Numbered from the stretch's first letter, positions 27,069 to 36,883 are shown. The stretch is DNA of 64,000 nucleotides from an uncultured virus (IMG/VR IMGVR_UViG_3300033074_002160) (IMGVR_UViG_3300033074_002160); one strand, 5' to 3'. Notes: generated from the letters alone by a model not told the origin. A program made the numbers and translations.

Positions 27069-27094
27069 CACCCTCGCACCAGGGAGCGGCAGCC

Positions 27095-29074
27095 TTGAAG
27101 ATCTTCGCGTTCGACACCGAGACGTTCCTGATCCAGCCCGGCAAGCACATCCCCAAGGGTGTCCTCGTGTCGTGGGCGGAGAGCGAGTACCCAGCCCCGC
27201 CTGCGATCGACTACGCGCACCTGAACCCGCGCTTCGGCGACCGCGAGGTCGCCCACGAGGTGCTGCGCGAGGGGCTCCGTGCCGACATCGTCTCAGGAGC
27301 GCACGTCGCCTACGACATGGCGGTGATCGCGCAGGAGTTCCCCGACCTCTGGCTCGAGATCTGGCGCGCCTACCGCGAGGGGCGCGTCTGGGACGTCATC
27401 CTGACCGAGAAGCTGATCGCGATCGCCAAGGGAGAGCTCAAGTTCCGCATCCTCGCGACAGGACAGGCGCTGAAACGCGACTGGAGCCTCGCGGGCATCG
27501 TGAAGGACCGCTTCGAGATCGTCCTCGACAAGGACACCTGGCGCCTGCTCTACGGGACGCTCTACGACACGCCCCCGGCCGAACTACCCGACGGTGCGAA
27601 GGAGTACGCGCTGCTCGATGCGGCGACGACGCACCTCTCGACTGAGGCGCAGGTGCAAGAGAACCCGCGCTACCTCGTCGATGCCTCGCGACAGGCGAGA
27701 GCGGGCTGGTGGATGCACCTCATGTCCGCGCACGGCTTCCGCGTCGATCCCGTCGCGGTGCGGGCGCTCGAGACGCACATCCGCAAGGAGCTCGGCAAGA
27801 TCAGCGCCCTCCTCTGCAGCGCGGGCCTCGTCGACGCGAAGGGGAAGCGGAACACCAAGGCGGCAGGCGAGCGCATGCGCGCCATGTGCATCGCGAAGGG
27901 CCTCAAGGTCCCCGAGACCCCCATGGGCAAGGTGCAGCTCTCGGAGGAGGTCTGCATGGAGACCGGCGACCCGCTGCTCGAGAGCTACGCGAACTACACC
28001 TCGCTCATGGGCGTCCTGAACAAGGACGTGAAGGCGCTCAAGGAAGCGGCCGACGCCGGCATGCCGATCCAGAGCAAGTTCGACCCGCTCAAGGAAACCG
28101 GGCGCACGGGCTCGAGCGGCGGCAAGCAGAAGAAGGGCGAGAAGGCCGACAAGACCGCCTTCTCGTTCCAGCTGCAGAACGTCCGACGCGACCCGAAGCC
28201 CGACAAGGACGGGCGCTACCCGCCGACGGTGCGCGGCTGCTTCGTGCCGCGCCGCGGTTACTACCTGCTCTCGATCGACTACGGGCAGATGGAGCTCCAC
28301 GCGTGGGCGCAGGTGTGCCTCGACCTCCTGGGCTTCTCCGACCTCGCGAAGATGCTCAACGCGGGTGTCGACGTCCACTGCAAGCTCGGCGCGATGGCGA
28401 TCGGCCGGACCTACGAGGAGGTCTTCGCGAACAGGAAGAAGGAGGCCTGGGCGAAGGACGCTCGGCAGATGAGCAAGGCCGGCAACTTCGGCTTCCCGGG
28501 CGGGCTTGGAGCGGCGCGCTTCCAGGCCTACGCGAAGGCGTCGTGGGGCGTCGAGCTCACCGAGGAGGAGTCGATCGATCTGCGCAACCTCTGGTTCGCG
28601 ATGCTGAGCGAGGCGAAGCCTTACTTCGAGCTCATCGGCAGGCTCACGGGCGATGGAAGCGACTGCGAGATCGTGCAGACCCGCAGCAACCGGGTGCGCG
28701 GCGGCGTCGGCTTCACCGACGCGGCGAACGGCTTCTTCCAGGCGCTCGCCGCGGACTGCGCGAAGGACGCTGGCTTCGATCTCTCCGAGGCCTGCTACAC
28801 GATGCCGTCGAGCCCGCTGTTCGGCTCGCGCATCGTCAACTTCATCCACGACGAGTTCCTCTTCGAGGTGCCGATCGACAGGGCCCATGAGGCCGCGTGG
28901 GCCGCGAACGAGATCATGGAAGCCGCCGGGCGCCGCTGGATGCCCGACTGCCCGCCGCGCAGTGTCCCTGCGCTCATGGAACGATGGTACAAGGACGCCG
29001 AGGACGTCTACGAGAACGGCCGCCTCGCACCGTGGCGACCGAAGATGCTCGGTCTCATGGACGGGGTCGCGTGA
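27095..29074 (+). CDS. polA: Family A DNA polymerase with 3'-5' exonuclease domain
   Basis: TTG start after GGGAG; FDTET (ExoI), YA..DA (ExoIII), TGR, LQN, motif A DYGQME, motif B RQMSKAGNFG, motif C IHDE. Confidence 0.92.
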   Translation: MKIFAFDTETFLIQPGKHIPKGVLVSWAESEYPAPPAIDYAHLNPRFGDREVAHEVLREGLRADIVSGAHVAYDMAVIAQEFPDLWLEIWRAYREGRVWDVILTEKLIAIAKGELKFRILATGQALKRDWSLAGIVKDRFEIVLDKDTWRLLYGTLYDTPPAELPDGAKEYALLDAATTHLSTEAQVQENPRYLVDASRQARAGWWMHLMSAHGFRVDPVAVRALETHIRKELGKISALLCSAGLVDAKGKRNTKAAGERMRAMCIAKGLKVPETPMGKVQLSEEVCMETGDPLLESYANYTSLMGVLNKDVKALKEAADAGMPIQSKFDPLKETGRTGSSGGKQKKGEKADKTAFSFQLQNVRRDPKPDKDGRYPPTVRGCFVPRRGYYLLSIDYGQMELHAWAQVCLDLLGFSDLAKMLNAGVDVHCKLGAMAIGRTYEEVFANRKKEAWAKDARQMSKAGNFGFPGGLGAARFQAYAKASWGVELTEEESIDLRNLWFAMLSEAKPYFELIGRLTGDGSDCEIVQTRSNRVRGGVGFTDAANGFFQALAADCAKDAGFDLSEACYTMPSSPLFGSRIVNFIHDEFLFEVPIDRAHEAAWAANEIMEAAGRRWMPDCPPRSVPALMERWYKDAEDVYENGRLAPWRPKMLGLMDGVA

Positions 29075-29106
29075 ATACAGCGGCGCGAGCCGCGTCGGAG
29101 GAGCCC

Positions 29107-30410
29107 ATGAAGTTCGAGCTTGATCAGGCGCAGGTGGACCGGTTCAAGGTGTGGGGCACCGAGGTGCAGAAGCGCGGCGCGCAGAAGCAACTGGACGAGG
29201 CGCCGAGCGAGCGCCGCGACGAGCTCCGCCGCCTGCAGGGCCGCGCGGGCGTGCCCTACGTCGGCGCAACGGGAGGGCAGTTCACGTTCTCCTTCATGCA
29301 CACCGGCCTCGGCGACATCGTGAAGGTGAAGGACTCGGTCACGGGCGAGGAGCTCGATCTGACCGACTACGACTCGTGGTGAGGAGGAGCCTATGAAAGA
29401 GAAGATCGAACAGTTCCTGGAGGAGTGGTCCAAGGTCGCGCCTCTCGTCCGCGCGAGCGCGGCGTACAACGTGCGCGCCGCAGCCGTGAGCATGGCGGTC
29501 GACGTGGCGCGTGAGGTCGACAACCCCAACAACCACATGCTCCACCGGAGACGACGCGTCCACAAGCAGTTCAACCGTGCATACGAGTGCCTCGCGGGGC
29601 TCTGCGCAGACCTCATCAACGCGGCCGACGAGGAAGCAAGAGCGCGCGGCATCGACATGGACACGAAGGCGGAACCCGAGGTCTTCGTCGTCTGGAAGAA
29701 CGACGCGATGCTCGGACCCTACGCGACGGAAGGGCGTGCTGAGCAAGAGGCCCGCGCGATCGTCGAAGCGGTGGGAGGCTTCTCGCAGATCAGCCGGCTC
29801 CGATGGCATCAGCCCGACGGACCCATCGCGCGGCTCGAGGTCGAGCGCCGGGCCGTGCTGTGAAGTACCACATCATCTCCTGGCACGACTCCGAGCGGAA
29901 GGAGTACGACTCGCTCGACGACGCCTACAAGGCAGCGTTCACGGAGGCGCTCGAAGTGCTGCAGACCTCGCCGCTCGACATCAGCGGCATGTGCGTCGCG
30001 ATCATGCAAGGTCACGAGGTAGTCGGCGACGCGCGAGTGAATCGGTGCCGTTTCGACATGCCGCCGCGCTGTTCCTGGTCGCCCGCTGAGTACCCGAGCG
30101 GAGAGCTGCCCCACATCTCGCCCGAGGAGTACGCGATGATCCTGAAGCATCGGAACGGAGACCGAACGTGAGCGCCCGCATGCAAGGCTGGCTCGTCGAG
30201 TCGCGCACGTTCGAGGTCACCTTGTTCGGGACCAGAGCGAGCGTCTCAATCCACGGCCCCGAGGTGAAGGTGCTCGAGAAGCGCCGCAAGGTGCTACGTC
30301 GCGTGCGCCACCTGGACATCGGGTCGATGCCGTACGCCACCTGGGAGACCCTGCGCGAGGTCTTCCGCGAGGCAGGAGCAGAGATCGATGAACAGCCCCG
30401 GTCTTGGTGA
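29107..30410 (+). CDS. Four hypothetical genes (~29107-29382, 29393-29863, 29860-30171, 30168-30410)
   Basis: GGAG SDs and GTGA overlaps. Confidence 0.6.
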
Positions 30411-30936
30411 TGTGGCTCTACATCCCCTCAACGTCCTCTCCGTCTGCTCCGGGGTCGGAGGTCTCGACCTCGGTCTGCACGACGCTCTCGAGCGAGCAGG
30501 CTTCGAGCCTCGCACGGTCTGTTACATCGAAAGGGAAGCCTTCGCAGCCGCGAACCTTGTCGCTCGCATGGGCGAAGGGCGGCTGGATCACGCGCCTGTC
30601 TGGAGCGACCTCAAGTCCTTCGATGCAGGCCCATGGACTGGCCTCGTGGATTGCATCACTGGCGGCTACCCGTGCCAGCCGTTCAGCGTCGCCGGCAAGC
30701 AGCGAGCCCACGAAGACGAGCGACACCTCTGGCCCCACGTCGCGCGGCTCGTCGAGCAGCTCGCACCTCGCCTCGTCTGCTTCGAGAACGTCGCCAACCA
30801 TCTTGTCCTCGGAGGACGCGACGTCGGACGAGACCTACAAGCGATGGGCTACCGTGTTGCGGCGAGCCTGTGGACTGCGCAGGAAGTCGGCGCCCCGCAT
30901 CGAAGAGAGCGGATCTTCATCGTCGGAACCCGCTGA
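30388..30936 (+). CDS. C5 cytosine DNA methyltransferase, N-terminal part (motifs I-VIII only)
   Basis: SVCSGVGG (I), GGYPCQPFS (IV), FENV (VI), HRRERIFIVG (VIII), then TGA. Confidence 0.88.
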   Translation: MNSPGLGDVALHPLNVLSVCSGVGGLDLGLHDALERAGFEPRTVCYIEREAFAAANLVARMGEGRLDHAPVWSDLKSFDAGPWTGLVDCITGGYPCQPFSVAGKQRAHEDERHLWPHVARLVEQLAPRLVCFENVANHLVLGGRDVGRDLQAMGYRVAASLWTAQEVGAPHRRERIFIVGTR

Positions 30937-32032
30937 CGGGCTCTGGCCCACCTCGACCTCGACCGACGCGAAGAGCTCGGCGAGGCACGGCTACATGCTC
31001 ACGGGGAACCAGGGCACGACGCTGCTCGACGCGGTGCGCGGCTGGTCCCCCGCCTCGGGGCACTGGCCCACGCCCGACGCCGCGGTGAGCAACGACGGCG
31101 AGGAGCCCGGCACCTTCTTGGCGCGGAAGGAGCGCCACGCGACGAAGACCGACGCCGAGCCGACGCGCGCCGGGGTGCCCTTGGCCTTGGCGGTGAAGTG
31201 GGCGACGCCGCGAGCCTCGGAGAACGAGAACAGGCAGACGAGGCCGACGCCGTCTCAGGAGGCGGGTACGCATGGGACATGCCTCGCGGCGCAGAGCACC
31301 TCGTGGGCGACGCCCACGGCCAGCGAAGGCGCCAGCGGCCCCGGCACGTCGGAGTCGCGCACGGGTGGCGAGAACCTGCGAACGCAGAGCGCCTCGTGGC
31401 CTACGCCACGCGCGTGCGATGACAAGGGCCCGGATGTGCGCAGCGCGGGCAAAGAGCGCCCGGCCTCGGACGACGACCTGCCGACGCGAGTCGCGCGCCC
31501 GGGCCTCGTGCTCAACCCGGTCTTCGTCGAGGCGCTCATGGGCTGGCCGCTCGGCTGGACGGATCCGACGTGCCGCACCGGGAACGCGGTCCCCTTCCCA
31601 CCCCCGCCCAACGGCGACTGGGCGACGTACTTGCAGAGGCACCCGGGCACCGAGCCCGCGGTGGCTAAGGGCGAGCCGCTGCGCACCGACCGGCTGCGCG
31701 CGTGCGGCAACGGGGTCGTGCCGGCGCAGGCTGCGGCGGCGTTCGGTGAGTTATTCGAGGCGCTCGGGGTCGGCGACGGCGGCGCACCTTCGGTGATCTC
31801 TGCGATGACGAACGAGCAGGTGACGGAGATGCTGGCGGTCGCGGATCTGACACCGAGCGAACGCGCAGCGCTGGAGGACCGATGGCTTCGCGAAGATCTC
31901 GGCGAGGCCATCCGCACAGGCCGCACGAGCATCCCGCACCGGCGCGGGCTCACGACGCTACACCACTACATCCGCGAGGTGAATACACCGGCTCCGGCCC
32001 CGTCGAAGGGGTGGAGGAACCGATGGCGATGA
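30410..32032 (+). CDS. C5 methyltransferase C-terminal part (five W[PA]T repeats, motifs IX-X) in an overlapping +1 frame
   Basis: ATG coupled to upstream stop (TGATG); LNPVFVEALMGWPLGWT (IX) and RLRACGNGVVP (X). Confidence 0.75.
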   Translation: MWLYIPSTSSPSAPGSEVSTSVCTTLSSEQASSLARSVTSKGKPSQPRTLSLAWAKGGWITRLSGATSSPSMQAHGLASWIASLAATRASRSASPASSEPTKTSDTSGPTSRGSSSSSHLASSASRTSPTILSSEDATSDETYKRWATVLRRACGLRRKSAPRIEESGSSSSEPADGLWPTSTSTDAKSSARHGYMLTGNQGTTLLDAVRGWSPASGHWPTPDAAVSNDGEEPGTFLARKERHATKTDAEPTRAGVPLALAVKWATPRASENENRQTRPTPSQEAGTHGTCLAAQSTSWATPTASEGASGPGTSESRTGGENLRTQSASWPTPRACDDKGPDVRSAGKERPASDDDLPTRVARPGLVLNPVFVEALMGWPLGWTDPTCRTGNAVPFPPPPNGDWATYLQRHPGTEPAVAKGEPLRTDRLRACGNGVVPAQAAAAFGELFEALGVGDGGAPSVISAMTNEQVTEMLAVADLTPSERAALEDRWLREDLGEAIRTGRTSIPHRRGLTTLHHYIREVNTPAPAPSKGWRNRWR

Positions 32033-32370
32033 AGCCCAACCACGAGATGATCGAAGCGTGCGTCGACGCGCTCGCAGCGCTTGAGACCGAGATGGATGAG
32101 CGCGGCTGCTGCGTGCGAGCCGAGTCAGGCGATCTCTTCTGGCGCCGCGCCAAGGACAGGTGGCGCATCTGCATGGTGATCGACGACGGTGCGTACAAGC
32201 CGGTCATGGAGGCGGACGTGACCCTGGCCGAGCGCCTGTCCCTCGTGCAGAGGTTCCTTCCGACCCTCGTGCGCAACGCGCTCGCGGCCCGCGTGGACTT
32301 CGACAAGGAGCTGCGCACGACGATCGACATGATCGAGGCGGAACGCACGAACCTTCGGACCGCGCCATGA
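32023..32370 (+). CDS. Hypothetical protein
   Basis: GGAGG SD, ATGA overlap with next gene. Confidence 0.6.
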   Translation: MAMKPNHEMIEACVDALAALETEMDERGCCVRAESGDLFWRRAKDRWRICMVIDDGAYKPVMEADVTLAERLSLVQRFLPTLVRNALAARVDFDKELRTTIDMIEAERTNLRTAP

Positions 32371-33029
32371 CGCTTCTCTACCAAGAGGACGCGGTCTCGA
32401 TGCTTCGTTCGCTCCCCGAGGAGTGCATCGACCTGATCGTGACCGACCCCGCCTACGAGAGCCTCGAGAAGCACCGCGCGAAGGGCACGACGACGAGGCT
32501 CAAGCAGAGCGACGCGTCGAGCAACGAGTGGTTCGACATCTTCAAGAACGAGCGCTTCCCCGACTTCTTCACGGCGGCGTACCGGGCGCTGAAGAAGAAC
32601 ACGCACCTCTACGTCTTCTGCGACCAGGAGACGGCGTTCGTGATCAAGCCGATGGGCGAGGCCGCGGGGTTCAAGTTCTGGAAGCCGATCATCTGGGACA
32701 AGCAGCGCATCGGCATGGGGTACCACTACCGCTGCCGGTACGAGATGATCCTCTTCTTCGAGAAGGGGAAGCGCAGGCTCAACGACCTCGCGGTGCCCGA
32801 CGTGCTCGAGGCCCCGCGCGTCGCCGGGGGGTACCCGACGGAGAAGCCGGTGTCGCTGCTGCAGACGTTGATCGCGCAGTCGAGCGCGACGGACGATGTC
32901 GTGTGCGACCCGTTCATGGGCTCAGGCGCGACCGGGGAAGCTGCCAGGATCCTCGGGCGCGGCTTCGTTGGTGGGGATACGAGCAGCAAGTCGGTGGACA
33001 TCGCGCGCAAGCGCTTGGAGGGGTTGTGA
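32367..33029 (+). CDS. N4/N6 DNA methyltransferase (beta class)
   Basis: IDLIVTDPAY, YPTEKP, VCDPFMGSG. Confidence 0.92.
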   Translation: MTLLYQEDAVSMLRSLPEECIDLIVTDPAYESLEKHRAKGTTTRLKQSDASSNEWFDIFKNERFPDFFTAAYRALKKNTHLYVFCDQETAFVIKPMGEAAGFKFWKPIIWDKQRIGMGYHYRCRYEMILFFEKGKRRLNDLAVPDVLEAPRVAGGYPTEKPVSLLQTLIAQSSATDDVVCDPFMGSGATGEAARILGRGFVGGDTSSKSVDIARKRLEGL

Positions 33030-33211
33030 TGAAGACGGAGAACATCATCTGGGTGGCCGCCGCCGTGGTCGCGGTCGCGTTCCTGATCTCTGCGACCGTG
33101 GTCGAGGTCTTCAGCCAAGACCCAGCGGTGGCCTGCGCCGAGGCATGCGGCTCGGGGCGCATGAGATCGTTCAGCCGGTCTGACGGGTGCGCCTGCGTGG
33201 GGGAACCGTGA
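33029..33211 (+). CDS. Small membrane protein with Cys-rich C-terminus
   Basis: Hydrophobic N-terminal helix; TGATG coupling. Confidence 0.55.
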   Translation: MKTENIIWVAAAVVAVAFLISATVVEVFSQDPAVACAEACGSGRMRSFSRSDGCACVGEP

Positions 33212-33711
33212 GTAACATCCTCTCCATCGACCCCGGCCTCGCGGTGAAGGGCGGCACCGGGTGGGCGCTGTGGTCAGACCGCGTCCTCGTCGCTGCCGGG
33301 CTCGCCACGGCGCGTGGCATCCTGCTCCCGAAGCGCATCGCAGAGATCGAGGCGATCATCAAGTTCGAGCGCGCCGGACGGCTCATCCACGAGGTCGTCA
33401 TCGAGAAGATGCAGAGCTACACGCTCGACAAGCAGAAGGGGGATCAGAACGACCTGATCGACCTGAGCCTGCTCGGCGGGCGGCTCTCGGCCCTCGCCGA
33501 GGACCCCGAGAACGTGACGTTCGTCGCGCCCGCGACGTGGAAGGGGCAGGTGCCCAAGGGCATCGTCGAGAAGAGGGCGAGAGCGGTGCTCACGCCGAAC
33601 GAACTGCAGGCCTTCGAGCGCGGCGTCACGGGCGTCGCGAAGAGCGCGCAGCACAACGTGTGGGACGCGGTCGGGATCGGTCTCTGGCGGCTCAGCCGGG
33701 GCTGGCGGTGA
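33208..33711 (+). CDS. RuvC-like Holliday junction resolvase
   Basis: ILSIDPG, VVIEK, P.TWKG, HNVWDAVGIG. Confidence 0.8.
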   Translation: MSNILSIDPGLAVKGGTGWALWSDRVLVAAGLATARGILLPKRIAEIEAIIKFERAGRLIHEVVIEKMQSYTLDKQKGDQNDLIDLSLLGGRLSALAEDPENVTFVAPATWKGQVPKGIVEKRARAVLTPNELQAFERGVTGVAKSAQHNVWDAVGIGLWRLSRGWR

Positions 33712-34412
33712 ACTGCGCGAGGTGCTCGCGCGCCTTCGAGCGGAGATCGATAGCTCCGGTGGCGCGACCCGAGCTCTGTGGAAGATGCTGGGCGGGGCTC
33801 CCGCCGGAAGAGGACGAGATGTCAGAGACGGCAGAACTGGTCACCGAGACGGCGAAGGAGACTTCGACGGCGATCGAGGCGCTCGAGGCGCTGCGCGGGT
33901 TCGAGGTGATGACGCCCGAGCAGATCAACATCGCGGGGGAGATCCTCGTCGACGTGAAGGGGCGCTTCAAGCAGCTCGAGGAGCGCCTCCAGGAGATCAC
34001 CAAGCCCCTCAACGCGGCGCTGAAGAGCACACGCGACCTCTTCCGGCCGGCGATGAGCGCCTACGAGGAAGCGGAGGTGATCCTCAAGCAGAAGATCGCC
34101 CACGCGCACCTCGCCATCGCCGAGGCGAACAGGCTCGCGATGCTCGCGGCGCAGGCGCAGATGGCGCAGGGCAACGTCCACGCAGCTGCACTCGCCGCGA
34201 CGTCCATGGTCGAGCGCCCGACGACCGAGGGCGTGCGCACCCGCGAGTCGTACGGCTACCGCATCGTGAACGCGCTCCTCGTGCCCCGCGAGTTCCTCGT
34301 GGTCGACGACAAGAAGATCAAGGCGCACATCGCCGCGCACGGCGACAAGAACCCGATCCCGGGCGTGGTGGTCGAGAAGACGATGCAGGTCGTCGCAGCG
34401 AGGGGCCGATGA
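33708..34412 (+). CDS. Phage coiled-coil protein (start 33708 or 33819)
   Basis: Long helical region then VPREFLVVD..KI...IPGV motif common in phage replication/recombination regions. Confidence 0.65.
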   Translation: MNCARCSRAFERRSIAPVARPELCGRCWAGLPPEEDEMSETAELVTETAKETSTAIEALEALRGFEVMTPEQINIAGEILVDVKGRFKQLEERLQEITKPLNAALKSTRDLFRPAMSAYEEAEVILKQKIAHAHLAIAEANRLAMLAAQAQMAQGNVHAAALAATSMVERPTTEGVRTRESYGYRIVNALLVPREFLVVDDKKIKAHIAAHGDKNPIPGVVVEKTMQVVAARGR

Positions 34413-34612
34413 AGCGGCCGATGAAGCGCTACCTGGTGACCATGTCGCTCGAGATGTACGGCGACACGTCAGAACAGGTGGCGTACATCGCGGACGACAC
34501 CGCGGGCTGGATGTGGGACCGCCTCGGCGACGCTGGGCAGGTCGCGGATCGACCGCGCGTGGTCTCGGTCGGTGCCGAGCCGCTGCCAGAGACCGAAGAG
34601 GAGGGGACATGA
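34409..34612 (+). CDS. Small hypothetical protein
   Basis: ATGA overlaps on both sides. Confidence 0.55.
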   Translation: MKRPMKRYLVTMSLEMYGDTSEQVAYIADDTAGWMWDRLGDAGQVADRPRVVSVGAEPLPETEEEGT

Positions 34613-35193
34613 AGATCTACGTCGCAGCAGCTTCTGCAGAGATCGAGCGCGCCGAGCGCATGATCGGCATCCTCCGCGAGCTCGGCCACGAGATCACCGT
34701 GGACTGGCCGGCCGCGATGCGCGCCCTCGGCAAGGCCAACGCCGGCCTCACGCCCGAGCAGCGCGCCTTCCACGCGGCCGAGGACTACCGAGGCGTCGCG
34801 ACGGCGCAGCGGGTCGTCATCCTCGTGCCCAAGGCCCCCGCGGCGACGCAGGGCGCGTGGTGGGAGGGCGGCATCGCCGACGCGCTCGAGATCCCTATCA
34901 TCGCCGCCGGTCGCTTCGAGGACCGACAGCGCAACATCTTCCTCGCGAGGGCGATCGAGGTGGACACCGACGACGAGGTCTTCGCGCTGCTGCGTGAGAA
35001 CGATCTCCTGCGCATCCTGCACGAGCGCGCTGACGAGCTGCTCTCGCTGCGTGCGAAGCTCGCTCGGCTCGAGTCCGGGGTGATGAACCTCATGTCGAGG
35101 CTCTACGAGCCCGACGCGCATCTGACCGACGAGGAACGGGCCACGATGCTCGCGAAGATCGAGGCGCGGATCGGGAAGACTACGATTCGCTGA
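34609..35193 (+). CDS. Nucleoside 2-deoxyribosyltransferase-like / nucleotide N-glycosidase
   Basis: KIYVA, D..GV..A, GAWWE.G.A.AL..PII motifs. Confidence 0.7.
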   Translation: MKIYVAAASAEIERAERMIGILRELGHEITVDWPAAMRALGKANAGLTPEQRAFHAAEDYRGVATAQRVVILVPKAPAATQGAWWEGGIADALEIPIIAAGRFEDRQRNIFLARAIEVDTDDEVFALLRENDLLRILHERADELLSLRAKLARLESGVMNLMSRLYEPDAHLTDEERATMLAKIEARIGKTTIR

Positions 35194-35215
35194 CACTTGT
35201 GCTACCGTCCATGGG

Positions 35216-35437
35216 ATGACGGAAGAGAAGGCGCGCCGACCCACCTCGGTGTACTCGGTGCGGTTCAACCCGAAGCAGATCGCCGCGGTCGAGGCGAAGG
35301 CGCGCGAGCTCGACCTCACGGTCGGTGCGTTCATCCGGCTCGCGGCGATCAAGGCCACGGGCAGCCCGCAGCTCGCCCGGCGCGAGATCGCCAAGATCGA
35401 GTCGCTCCTCGCCTCGAGCGGTCTCGAGGCCGAGTGA
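35216..35437 (+). CDS. Ribbon-helix-helix DNA-binding protein
   Basis: SVRF...Q...VE.KA....LTVGAFIR.AA. Confidence 0.7.
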   Translation: MTEEKARRPTSVYSVRFNPKQIAAVEAKARELDLTVGAFIRLAAIKATGSPQLARREIAKIESLLASSGLEAE

Positions 35438-35724
35438 GGGCTCCTGTCGAGCTCGTGGTCGTGCTCTCGGTGGAGCACGACCACGTCGAGCAGACGCTGC
35501 CGCACCCGATGGCGATCTCTCGCGTGGAGCTCGACGTGACGGGGGATGCGAGCGTGCAGGTCTGGGTCTCGCGCGGGTCTCGGAGGATCCTCTGCACCCC
35601 CGGCGGCGCTCGCGCCACGGTCGACTTCGCGAGGTCTCTCGCACCCGAGAGCGCGACGGTGCGGATCGAGCGCGTCTCGAACTACGGGCCGCGAGCGCGT
35701 GCGAACGTGCTCTTCTTCTCGTAG
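35434..35724 (+). CDS. Hypothetical beta-rich protein
   Basis: GTGA overlap with RHH gene. Confidence 0.5.
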   Translation: MRAPVELVVVLSVEHDHVEQTLPHPMAISRVELDVTGDASVQVWVSRGSRRILCTPGGARATVDFARSLAPESATVRIERVSNYGPRARANVLFFS

Positions 35725-35733
35725 GATCTGCCG

Positions 35734-36507
35734 ATGGTTCTCTGCCTGCAGGCCCCGGTCGACCCGGCGATCGCGCAGATCGGCTGGCACCCAGGCACGT
35801 TCTCGCGCTCTTCGGCAGGGCTGGTGAGCGCCGCCTTCTCAGGCCGTGCGTTGAGCCTGCGCCAGAAGGGCTGGGACATCATGGCCGACGCCGGAGCGCC
35901 GGTGCTCGCCGGCCTCGGCGGTGTGGTGACGACCGTGGGGCACTCCGCGACCGAGGCCTCGTCGACGAACGTCGCTCCGGGATGGCACGTCGTGGTGCGC
36001 ACCGACGTCGCGGGCGACAGGCCGATCTGGACCAACTACTGGCACCTCGCCGCACAGCCACGCGTCGTCCTCGGGCAGCAGGTCGCTGCGGGCGACCTCC
36101 TCGGCTTCTTGGGCTCGAGCGGACTGCCCGCGGGCGCGAGGCCGCATCTGCTGCTCTCGTTCTCGCGGTTCGGGCCCGACCCGCTGCGAGATCTGCCGAG
36201 CGACATCAACACCGCGATGCTCAGCTTCCGCGTCGAGGGCGCGCAGCAGCCTCCGGTGCGTGTCGGCGACTGGGAGCGCACCCCCGCGTTCGGCGGCCGG
36301 TTCGTCTCGACGTGCCCGAGCGAGCTCGGCGCTGCGCCCACGCAGCGGAACAACTACGGCCGATACGGCCGCACTCGGCTGAGCAACGCGAGACCGTACG
36401 ACCCCGCGGGCGGAGAACGACGAGGCTGGGGCGTCGCGCCGCTGCTCGGCGTCGTTTTCGTTGGAGCCGTTGCGTTTGCTCATGCTACCGTCCGAAGGAC
36501 AGGCTGA
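35734..36507 (+). CDS. M23/LytM-domain protein with degenerate zinc ligands and C-terminal membrane anchor
   Basis: G.DI.A..G.PV.A...G.V, Y.HL, V..GQ.V.AGD.LG.LGSSG...PHL; HxxxD reads QKGWD and HxH reads HLL. Confidence 0.78.
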   Translation: MVLCLQAPVDPAIAQIGWHPGTFSRSSAGLVSAAFSGRALSLRQKGWDIMADAGAPVLAGLGGVVTTVGHSATEASSTNVAPGWHVVVRTDVAGDRPIWTNYWHLAAQPRVVLGQQVAAGDLLGFLGSSGLPAGARPHLLLSFSRFGPDPLRDLPSDINTAMLSFRVEGAQQPPVRVGDWERTPAFGGRFVSTCPSELGAAPTQRNNYGRYGRTRLSNARPYDPAGGERRGWGVAPLLGVVFVGAVAFAHATVRRTG

Positions 36508-36529
36508 GGCCTGAGAGGAATCGCGAACT

Positions 36530-36883
36530 ATGCTCCCCGACGTCATCTCTGGCATCTTCGGCGGATCCGCCCTCGTTCTCGCTCTCGCAGCCCTCATCAA
36601 CTCCATCGCGTACATCCTGCGGCGCAGGGTCGACATCAGCGCGACGCTCGTCCAGAGCATGATCGTTCGCGTCAACGAGCTCGAGCACCAGGCCAAGGCC
36701 CGAGAAGCGGAGATCCGCGCCCTCCGCAAGCAGGTCGATGCGCTCATCGACGAGAACGAGCAGCTCCGGGACAGCATCTCCGCAGGTCGCATCATCCCCG
36801 AGCGCGCCCGCCGCGACACCACGGGGCGCCACGGCACGCCCGGGTCGCTGACGGCGTCGATCGCCGAGGAGCGCGGCCGATGA
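36530..36883 (+). CDS. Membrane-anchored coiled-coil protein (lysis cassette)
   Basis: N-terminal TM plus heptad region. Confidence 0.6.
   Translation: MLPDVISGIFGGSALVLALAALINSIAYILRRRVDISATLVQSMIVRVNELEHQAKAREAEIRALRKQVDALIDENEQLRDSISAGRIIPERARRDTTGRHGTPGSLTASIAEERGR

Noticed and set aside
26366..27094. Arg/Pro-rich N-terminal extension of the polymerase ORF
   Set aside because: Out-of-frame read-through of the SSB-like gene and hairpin; TTG at 27095 has an SD and starts the exonuclease domain (same logic for 8872-9345 and 19887-20486)
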